Below, piece by piece: positions 57,013 to 64,000 of a stretch of DNA of 64,000 nucleotides. Source of the stretch: Flavobacteriaceae bacterium (GTDB lineage Bacteria; Bacteroidota; Bacteroidia; Flavobacteriales; Flavobacteriaceae); contig JBMZDR010000008.1 of NCBI GenBank assembly GCA_049614485.1, positions 29,606 to 93,605 on the forward strand, in the 5' to 3' direction. The position numbers and the translations under genes are program-made. The notes under the pieces were generated by a model. It had not been told where the DNA came from, ran no database searches, and saw nothing but the letters and a program-made list of their open reading frames with translations. Each line of letters opens with the position of its first letter. Positions within the stretch are counted from its first letter, which is position 1.

Positions 57013-57714
57013 TTAAAGTCCTAATACATCATTCATAGAATAGATGCCTTTTTTACCTATAAGCCATTCTGCAGCAACAACAGCACCAAGTGCAAACCCA
57101 TTTCTGTTATGAGCTGTATGTTTAATTTCTATAGTATCAACAGTACTTGAATAGTTTATGTGATGTGTGCCTGGTACATTCTCAATGCGTTTTGCAAGAA
57201 TTGGAATTTGATTGTCTTCTTTTGTATTGTCTAATTGCCAAGATGTATTCTCAGAATTCTCGATAATACCTTCAGCTAAAGTAATGGCGGTTCCGCTTGG
57301 AGCATCAAGTTTTTGCGTATGGTGAATTTCCTCAATACTGACATTGTATTGTTTTAACTGACGCATCATTTTTGCCAAATGCTTGTTCAATTCAAAAAAC
57401 ACATTCACGCCTACACTAAAGTTGGAGCTGTAGATAAATGCGCCGTTAGTTTTCTCGCATAAATCCACTATATCTTGATAGTGATCAAGCCAACCTGTTG
57501 TTCCGGATATAACAGGAGTATTCTGGTGCAGACAAGCACTAATGTTGTTTACTGCAGCATCAGGTATGCTGAAATCGATAGCAACATCTACATTAGAAAG
57601 ATCTATTGTTGTGGTATTTCTGCCTGATTTGAATGTAATTTGATGCCCTCGTTCTAAAGCAATTTCTTCAATTACTTTACCCATTTTTCCGTAGCCTAAT
57701 AATGCAATATTCAT
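57013..57714 (-). CDS. dapB: 4-hydroxy-tetrahydrodipicolinate reductase
   Basis: MNIALLGYGKMG NAD-binding loop, EIHHTQKLDAPSGTA. Confidence 0.93.
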   Translation of the reverse strand: MNIALLGYGKMGKVIEEIALERGHQITFKSGRNTTTIDLSNVDVAIDFSIPDAAVNNISACLHQNTPVISGTTGWLDHYQDIVDLCEKTNGAFIYSSNFSVGVNVFFELNKHLAKMMRQLKQYNVSIEEIHHTQKLDAPSGTAITLAEGIIENSENTSWQLDNTKEDNQIPILAKRIENVPGTHHINYSSTVDTIEIKHTAHNRNGFALGAVVAAEWLIGKKGIYSMNDVLGL

Positions 57715-58298
57715 CAGAATTGATAGTTAAGTGTTAGTCCTAAGTTAGGTTTGTAATCTATGTCATTTTGATAGAAATCCGGACGTAAGCTCAAGTTTTC
57801 ATTCACGTTAAACTGTGCTAAATGTGCGCTAACATTGGCGTCAACAATATTTAAAATATAAAATATACCGGTTACTAACAGGGATAAATCTTTGTTTTTG
57901 CTATAGAATTTTTGAGCATCTATTAATGACGCGTCACTTAAGGTTTGTTCTCCTGTAGTTTGGTTTGTAAATTCATCATCAGTAAAACCAGCTAAACGTC
58001 TTTTGTAAGCATTTCTATAGCGTTTGTATTGCTTGTTGTTACGTGTGTAGAAATATATTCCAGCACCCATACCAGCATAAACAATAGGAACTTTCCAATA
58101 TTGTTTGTTGTGAATTTGTCCGAGCCCTGGTAAAACCGCAGAGAAAAAAGCAGCTCTTGCAGGCGACAAAGGATCTATTTTAACAGGTTTAACCGTTGTA
58201 GAATCTTTTGCAGTTAATTTTAATTCTCCAGATTGTTGCGCAAGAGAACTTAAAGAAAATAGACCGATAAGAATTACGATGAAAAGATTATTTTTCAC
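57714..58298 (-). CDS. DUF5683-like membrane protein
   Basis: Signal peptide, SAVLPGLGQIHNKQYWKVPIVY motif, and a parB-downstream position typical of Bacteroidota. Confidence 0.65.
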   Translation of the reverse strand: MKNNLFIVILIGLFSLSSLAQQSGELKLTAKDSTTVKPVKIDPLSPARAAFFSAVLPGLGQIHNKQYWKVPIVYAGMGAGIYFYTRNNKQYKRYRNAYKRRLAGFTDDEFTNQTTGEQTLSDASLIDAQKFYSKNKDLSLLVTGIFYILNIVDANVSAHLAQFNVNENLSLRPDFYQNDIDYKPNLGLTLNYQF

Positions 58299-59187
58299 GG
58301 TCTAATAATTTTTTAATTCGGTTAAAATCTTCTTCAGAAGAAAAGGGAATTGTTATTTTCCCGCTACCGGTTCTTCCTACATTTACACCAATTTTTGCAC
58401 CAAAGAAGTCAGAGAACTCTTTAATACTTTTTTTAATGTATTTAGGAGTTTCTTTTGGTTCTACTGGAGTAGTTGTATGTGTGTTTTTATAGTGCTGAAC
58501 TAACTTTTCAGTATCTCTAACAGATAACTTGTTGGTTAAAATCTGTTCGTAAATATCTAATTGATCAGATAAGTCTGTTATGTTTATAATTGCTCTACCA
58601 TGGCCCATTGAAATAAAGCCATCTTTCATACCTGTTTGAATGATGGGGTCTAACTTTAATAAGCGTAAGTAATTTGCAATTGTTGAACGTTTTTTACCTA
58701 CACGTTCACTCATTTGTTCCTGAGTAAGGTTAATCTCGTCAATTAATCTTTGGTAAGATAAGGCCACTTCTATAGGGTCTAAGTCCTGGCGTTGGATGTT
58801 TTCTACCAAAGCCATTTCTAATGATTCTTGGTCATTTGCTAGCCTTACATATGCAGGAATCGTTTCAGAGCCAATTAATTTTGATGCTCTAAAACGGCGT
58901 TCACCAGAAATCAATTGAAATTGATTAACCCCAGTTTTTCTTACAGTAATTGGTTGAATAACTCCTAATTCTTTTATTGAAGAAGATAATTCACGTAAGG
59001 CTTCTTCATTAAAGGTTGTTCTTGGTTGAAACGGATTGACTTCAATAGCGTCAATATCTAAGTCAATAATATTACCAACAACTTTGTCGGCATTCTTATC
59101 TGAGACAGATGTGATATCTTTTTCAGGATCTTTTAATAGGGCAGACAGTCCTCTTCCTAATGCTTGCTTTTTCATTGCCTTTGCCAT
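58288..59187 (-). CDS. parB: Chromosome partitioning protein ParB (Spo0J)
   Basis: LGRGLSALL, LISGERRFRASK, HTH region. Confidence 0.93.
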   Translation of the reverse strand: MAKAMKKQALGRGLSALLKDPEKDITSVSDKNADKVVGNIIDLDIDAIEVNPFQPRTTFNEEALRELSSSIKELGVIQPITVRKTGVNQFQLISGERRFRASKLIGSETIPAYVRLANDQESLEMALVENIQRQDLDPIEVALSYQRLIDEINLTQEQMSERVGKKRSTIANYLRLLKLDPIIQTGMKDGFISMGHGRAIINITDLSDQLDIYEQILTNKLSVRDTEKLVQHYKNTHTTTPVEPKETPKYIKKSIKEFSDFFGAKIGVNVGRTGSGKITIPFSSEEDFNRIKKLLDREK

Positions 59188-59192
59188 AGCTA

Positions 59193-59957
59193 CTAATTAT
59201 TTTTTTTGATAATTTCTTCTGCTAAACTTAAATAATTGTTTGCACCTTTACTGCTTGCGTCATAACTGATGATGCTTTCACCAAAACTTGGTGCTTCACT
59301 TAAACGCACGTTTCTTTGAATAATTGTGCTAAACACCATATCATTAAAATGCTTTTGAACTTCTTCTACAACCTGATTTGATAAACGTAAACGAGAGTCA
59401 TACATGGTTAATAAAAGACCTTCAATATCTAAGTTTTCGTTATGAATTTTTTGAATACTCTTAATAGTGTTTAATAGTTTTCCTAAACCTTCCAAAGCAA
59501 AATATTCACATTGAATAGGGATGATAACAGAATGCGCGGCGGTTAAAGCATTTAGGGTTAACAGGCCTAATGATGGTGCGCAGTCAATTAAAATATAATC
59601 ATAGTCGTCAACAATATCAGCTAGAGTTTTTTTCAACATGTATTCACGCTCTTCTTTGTCAACTAATTCAATTTCAATAGCAACCAAGTCAATATGAGCC
59701 GGAATCAAATCTAAATTTGGAGAATCCGTTTTTAGAATTGCTTCTCGAGCGGTATTAGAGTGTTCTAAAATTTGATAAGTTCCAATTTCAACAGACTCTA
59801 CATCAATACCAAGCCCAGATGTAGCATTAGCTTGTGGGTCAGCATCAATTAACAATACTTTTTTTTCTAAAACGCCTAAAGAGGCAGCTAGATTAACAGA
59901 TGTAGTTGTTTTACCAACACCACCTTTTTGATTTGCAATTGCAATGATTTTACCCAT
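59193..59957 (-). CDS. parA: Chromosome partitioning ATPase ParA (Soj)
   Basis: Deviant Walker A NQKGGVGKTT; IDCPPSLG-like IDCAPSLG. Confidence 0.94.
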   Translation of the reverse strand: MGKIIAIANQKGGVGKTTTSVNLAASLGVLEKKVLLIDADPQANATSGLGIDVESVEIGTYQILEHSNTAREAILKTDSPNLDLIPAHIDLVAIEIELVDKEEREYMLKKTLADIVDDYDYILIDCAPSLGLLTLNALTAAHSVIIPIQCEYFALEGLGKLLNTIKSIQKIHNENLDIEGLLLTMYDSRLRLSNQVVEEVQKHFNDMVFSTIIQRNVRLSEAPSFGESIISYDASSKGANNYLSLAEEIIKKNN

Positions 59958-60038
59958 TAATTAGAAATTTGAATTAAATGTAAAAATACAATTATTTATG
60001 AGTTATTCAAGTGAAAGTTGTTAACCATTAGTTAAAGT

Positions 60039-60067
60039 AAAAAAGACTACCGAAGTAGTCTTTTTTT
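60039..60067 (-). terminator. Rho-independent terminator after the methylmalonyl-CoA mutase large subunit
   Basis: AAAAAGACTAC-CGAA-GTAGTCTTTTTTT; symmetric. Confidence 0.8.
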
Positions 60068-60087
60068 ATGGTGTTTAATTTTAATTT

Positions 60088-62220
60088 TTAGTTGAAACTA
60101 TCAATTAAAATCTGCAATATCTCTATAGCGGCTTCACTGATTTTTGTTCCGGGTCCAAATACAGCAATTGCACCAGCGTCAAATAAGTATTGGTAATCTT
60201 GATGCGGTATTACACCACCAACAATGACCATAATATCTTCACGACCGTATTTTTTTAATTCTTCAATTACCGCTGGTACTAATGTTTTATGTCCGGCTGC
60301 TAATGATGATACGCCAAGAATATGCACATCATTTTCCACAGCTTGTTTTGCTGCTTCTTGTGGGGTTTGAAATAACGGTCCAATATCTACGTCAAAACCT
60401 ACGTCAGCGTATCCTGTAGCAACAACTTTTGCACCACGGTCATGACCATCCTGCCCCATTTTAGCAATCATTATTCGTGGACGTCTACCGTCTAATTCTG
60501 CAAATTGATTTGCTAATTGCTTTGCTTTTTCAAAAGACTTGTCGTTTTTTATTTCTTTACTGTACACGCCTGTAAATGATTTAATGTCTGCTTTGTATCT
60601 TCCAAACTCTATTTCTAAAGCATCAGAAATTTCACCTAAAGTAGCTCTTGCTCTTGCGGCCTTTACTGCTAAATCTAACAAGTTGCCTTCGCCTGATTTA
60701 GCAGCTTTAGTTAGCGCAGCTAAACAATCAGCAACGGTTTCAGAATTACGTTCGGCTTTTAAGGTGTTTAAACGGTCAATTTGTGATTTACGAACAATAG
60801 TGTTGTCAACTTCTAAAATATGAAGCGGATCTTCTTTTTCTAATCGGTATTTATTAACACCAACAATCACATCTTGACCAGAATCAATACGTGCCTGTTT
60901 TCTTGCGGCTGCTTCTTCAATACGCATTTTTGGAATTCCTGCTTCAATTGCTTTGGTCATCCCGCCAAGTTCTTCAACTTCTTCGATAAGTTTCCAGGCT
61001 TTCTCAGCAATGTCGTTTGTTAAGTTTTCAACATAATAACTTCCGGCCCAAGGGTCAACGGTTTTGGTGATATGTGTTTCTTCTTGTAAGTATATTTGTG
61101 TGTTTCGTGCAATACGTGCAGAGAAATCTGTTGGTAAAGCAATTGCTTCATCTAATGCGTTGGTGTGTAAGCTTTGAGTTCCTCCAAAGGCAGCTGCTGT
61201 AGCCTCAATACATGTTCGTGCAACGTTATTAAAGGGGTCTTGTTCCGTTAAACTCCATCCGGATGTTTGGCAGTGTGTACGTAATGCTAATGATTTTAAG
61301 TTTTTTGGGTTAAATTGTTTGACTAATTTAGCCCATAACATTCTACCCGCACGCATTTTTGCAATTTCCATAAAATGATTCATTCCTATGGCCCAAAAAA
61401 ATGATAATCTTGGGGCAAAGGCGTCAATATCCATTCCGGCTGCAATTCCTTTTCTAATATATTCTAATCCGTCTGCTAAAGTATATGCTAATTCAATGTC
61501 ACAAGTGGCACCTGCTTCTTGCATATGGTATCCAGAAATGCTTATAGAATTGAATTTCGGCATTTTTTTAGCTGTATATTCAAAAATATCAGAAATAATT
61601 TTCATGGATGGTGTAGGAGGGTAGATGTATGTGTTACGTACCATAAACTCTTTCAGGATGTCATTCTGAATTGTTCCTGCTAAGAGTTTTTTGTCAACAC
61701 CTTGTTCTTCAGCTGCCACAATATAAAATGCCATGATTGGTAATACGGCACCATTCATTGTCATAGAAACTGACATTTTATCTAAAGGTATTTGGTCAAA
61801 TAAGACTTTCATGTCTTCAACAGAGTCTATAGCGACTCCGGCTTTTCCTACATCACCAACAACGCGTTCGTGGTCTGAGTCATAGCCTCTATGGGTAGCT
61901 AAATCGAAGGCTACAGAGAGCCCTTTTTGACCAGCGGCCAAATTTCTTCTGTAGAATGCATTAGATTCTTCAGCTGTAGAAAATCCAGCATACTGACGGA
62001 TTGTCCAAGGCCTACGTACATACATAGTTGAATATGGTCCTCTTAAGTTAGGGGCAATTCCAGCTACAAAATTCAAGTGTTTTAAACTAGATACATCATC
62101 TTTTGTGTATGATGATTTGATAGCAATATCTTCTGCTGTATTAGACACGGAGTTTTTTTTAACCTCGGTGTTATTAACAGTAGTAGACAGTTTTATATGT
62201 TGAACATCTTTTCTTTTCAT
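60088..62220 (-). CDS. mutB: Methylmalonyl-CoA mutase large (catalytic) subunit with a C-terminal B12-binding domain
   Basis: 710 aa; [23 protein letters not shown], and the cobalamin-binding DxHxxG ([11 protein letters not shown]). Confidence 0.94.
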   Translation of the reverse strand: MKRKDVQHIKLSTTVNNTEVKKNSVSNTAEDIAIKSSYTKDDVSSLKHLNFVAGIAPNLRGPYSTMYVRRPWTIRQYAGFSTAEESNAFYRRNLAAGQKGLSVAFDLATHRGYDSDHERVVGDVGKAGVAIDSVEDMKVLFDQIPLDKMSVSMTMNGAVLPIMAFYIVAAEEQGVDKKLLAGTIQNDILKEFMVRNTYIYPPTPSMKIISDIFEYTAKKMPKFNSISISGYHMQEAGATCDIELAYTLADGLEYIRKGIAAGMDIDAFAPRLSFFWAIGMNHFMEIAKMRAGRMLWAKLVKQFNPKNLKSLALRTHCQTSGWSLTEQDPFNNVARTCIEATAAAFGGTQSLHTNALDEAIALPTDFSARIARNTQIYLQEETHITKTVDPWAGSYYVENLTNDIAEKAWKLIEEVEELGGMTKAIEAGIPKMRIEEAAARKQARIDSGQDVIVGVNKYRLEKEDPLHILEVDNTIVRKSQIDRLNTLKAERNSETVADCLAALTKAAKSGEGNLLDLAVKAARARATLGEISDALEIEFGRYKADIKSFTGVYSKEIKNDKSFEKAKQLANQFAELDGRRPRIMIAKMGQDGHDRGAKVVATGYADVGFDVDIGPLFQTPQEAAKQAVENDVHILGVSSLAAGHKTLVPAVIEELKKYGREDIMVIVGGVIPHQDYQYLFDAGAIAVFGPGTKISEAAIEILQILIDSFN

Positions 62221-62222
62221 TG

Positions 62223-62936
62223 TTAATGGTTGTGCCCGTCGTTAGGACCATGCTTTTCAGTGTTCGTTTTATTAACCTCTAGATTTAATTTTTTTCCAAT
62301 TTCTGGTTGAGTGGTTTTTGCTTTAGGTTGAACAGTTGGTTCTTTTTCAACAAGAAACTCAACCTTAGAAAAATCAGTATTATAAAATTTAGAGTAATAC
62401 ATATCTAAGGCCACATAAGTCATCAAGGCTTTGTCTGTGTATTGACCTCTAATTGTTCTGTCATCAGTAATTGTAGAGGCTACAAGTTTCGGGTTTAAGC
62501 TTTCAACTGAGCGCAATGTGTTGAATGATCCTTTGATTGTTGTGTTAGAGATGTTATTACCAATACATTCGGTAATTGCAGCATCACTTTTTAACTGTGA
62601 GCCATTCCAAATGTCTTTGTTTTTAAGAATATGAAACACATCATAAGCTTCTTTAGTCGCGTAATCTGTAATCCTAATATGTCCTTTTGCCCTCATGATG
62701 TAGTTTCTTAAGGCGTAATCAAGTGTGATATTAAAATTAGGTCTTTTATTATTGTTTTTTGCTTGGGTAAGTATGGCATTTTCAAAAGCGTAATAGGCTT
62801 CGTTAAATAACTTTGAATCACTGTTTTCACATGTTAAAACTTGTGGTTGGTCAGTATATTTGTACTCAAATGTTGGTTCTTTTTTGCAACTTAACATTGT
62901 AACACCTAATACTGCGGCTAAAACTAATTTCTTCAT
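62223..62936 (-). CDS. Lipoprotein of unknown function embedded in the mutase operon
   Basis: Lipobox TMLSC; 237 aa with a His-rich C-terminus (HGPNDGHNH). Its stop lies 2 nt from the mutB start. Confidence 0.6.
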   Translation of the reverse strand: MKKLVLAAVLGVTMLSCKKEPTFEYKYTDQPQVLTCENSDSKLFNEAYYAFENAILTQAKNNNKRPNFNITLDYALRNYIMRAKGHIRITDYATKEAYDVFHILKNKDIWNGSQLKSDAAITECIGNNISNTTIKGSFNTLRSVESLNPKLVASTITDDRTIRGQYTDKALMTYVALDMYYSKFYNTDFSKVEFLVEKEPTVQPKAKTTQPEIGKKLNLEVNKTNTEKHGPNDGHNH

Positions 62937-62961
62937 TTTTATATTTTATATTTGAGTTTGC

Positions 62962-64000
62962 TTATTCTTGTTCTAATCTGTTTTTATCTGATTTTTCAGA
63001 AATTCTTCTTGAGGTTATTGGGGCAATTAATGTTTTTCTTGACTCGCGATTTACAAAGGGGTTCTTTTCTAATTCATGCGTCATTTTATCAGAAGGGTTA
63101 GGGTGTTTGTTAGTCCCTAATAGTACTAAGTTTCCGTCATCAAATTGCTCTTGCTCTTTAAGTCCGCTTTCTTTTATTTTTCGTTGAATAGTTCCTTCTT
63201 TTAATTGTGCTAAAAAACCACCTCCTGCTTCAATCAGTTTAAATATTTCCAACGCTTTTTCAGCCAATTGTTGAGTTAACGATTCTATATAATACGCACC
63301 GTCTGCTGGGTTTGTTACCACATCAAATGCACTTTCGTTTTTTAATACTAACAGTTGATTACGAGCTATTCTGTCACCAAACTCATTTGAATTGTGGTAA
63401 ATGTGATCATAAGGTAAATTACATATAGTATTAGCACCCCCCAAAACAGCACTCATACATTCTGTGGTTGTGCGGAGCATGTTGACATTATAGTCGTATA
63501 GTGTTTTGTTTCTATTTGAAGGGTAGCTTAATATAGTATAGTCAGGGTTTTCAGATCCATAAGCTTCACTAAGTGTTTTAAATAGCAGCTTTAAGGCTCT
63601 AATTTTAGCAATTTCAAAAAAGTAGTTACCTCCAGTTGATGTTATAAATTGGAGTTTTGGTAATGCATCTTCATTAAAATTATTAAAATACTCGTTAGCA
63701 TGCGCCATGGCATAAGCTAATTGCTGGGTGATTGTTGCTCCGGCATTTTGGTATACCGACGTGTCAATACTTAAAATGTTCTTATTCGGATACTTTGAAA
63801 TGGTAGTTTTAATGAATTTAAAATCATCTTTTAAAGATGTATACCAGTTTCCTGTTTTTGCTAAGTTTCCGATAATATCACAATTAAGGTAGCATTGCGG
63901 TAAATCTAGCTGCAATACATCTTCTATCATTTTATAACTTAACAATTTAAAATTAAATTGAAGTTCAATAGTAGTTGTATTGATATTTGATAGTAATTCT
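62962..64000 (-). CDS. mutA: Methylmalonyl-CoA mutase small subunit (MutA-like), C-terminal ~345 codons; reading frame open to the right window edge
   Basis: Mutase-barrel homology without the catalytic-subunit B12 domain (NAGATITQQLAYAMAHANEY, RTTTECMSAVLGGANT, FGDRIARNQ). The frame upstream of the ORF-track TTG (63945) has no stop up to 64000, so the gene is truncated by the window. Confidence 0.8.
   Translation of the reverse strand, partial: ELLSNINTTTIELQFNFKLLSYKMIEDVLQLDLPQCYLNCDIIGNLAKTGNWYTSLKDDFKFIKTTISKYPNKNILSIDTSVYQNAGATITQQLAYAMAHANEYFNNFNEDALPKLQFITSTGGNYFFEIAKIRALKLLFKTLSEAYGSENPDYTILSYPSNRNKTLYDYNVNMLRTTTECMSAVLGGANTICNLPYDHIYHNSNEFGDRIARNQLLVLKNESAFDVVTNPADGAYYIESLTQQLAEKALEIFKLIEAGGGFLAQLKEGTIQRKIKESGLKEQEQFDDGNLVLLGTNKHPNPSDKMTHELEKNPFVNRESRKTLIAPITSRRISEKSDKNRLEQE

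Noticed and set aside
57714-60087. parS site (TGTTNCACGTGAAACA-like) near parAB
   Set aside because: Visual scanning of the parAB flanks and coding regions found no convincing match. Absence cannot be proven without a pattern search.
1-64000. CRISPR arrays, tRNA/rRNA genes, IS elements, integrases, prophage or known defence-system genes
   Set aside because: No repeat-spacer periodicity, no GC-rich structured intergenic segments other than the SAM riboswitch, and no transposase, integrase or phage-like ORFs were seen. rmuC and the EEP protein sit in housekeeping contexts.

Overview
AT-rich, gene-dense chromosome segment with the look of a Flavobacteriia (Bacteroidota) core region: GldI-like lipoprotein, DUF5683/DUF4369/DUF3810-type genes, TAnnTTTG -7 promoter boxes and no Shine-Dalgarno signals. 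I found no rRNA, tRNA, CRISPR array, transposase, integrase or recognisable defence system. Left to right the window holds: a sulfate-assimilation unit (DUF2061-cysH-cysD-cysN) and a methionine unit (metX, aspartokinase/homoserine dehydrogenase, metZ-like) behind a clear SAM-I riboswitch. Next comes a BtuFCD-like ABC importer interleaved with two paralogous DUF71/Dph6-family PP-loop ATPases, then rmuC and a block of envelope genes of unknown function. These are followed by rluA-family, purA, fur and relA/spoT. An RNA-remodelling neighbourhood (two DEAD-box helicases, VF530/DUF2132, cspA) surrounds chrA. A complete trpEGDCFBA operon follows. After it come a C1q-like secreted protein, an M48 peptidase, an orphan four-helix-bundle (Avd/23S-IVS family) gene, trmH-family, DUF4407, DUF3810 and pepD. 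Then a cyclophilin-FKBP fusion, a GldI-like FKBP, nrnA, ndk and recF-lipoprotein-DUF721. The right part holds ribH, mutL with two rhomboids and an EEP nuclease, lepB, dapB and parAB. The window ends with a methylmalonyl-CoA mutase operon interrupted by a lipoprotein gene. The observations most worth follow-up are three. (1) An unannotated 23-codon WWW leader peptide plus terminator upstream of trpE. (2) The tandem DUF71 ATPases inside the corrinoid/iron-type ABC operon. (3) The four-helix-bundle gene, which looks like a discrete 432-bp insertion with a 9-bp direct repeat and 10-bp inverted repeats exactly at the trmH/M48 junction. All functional calls come from motif recognition in the translated ORFs; no database search was run.
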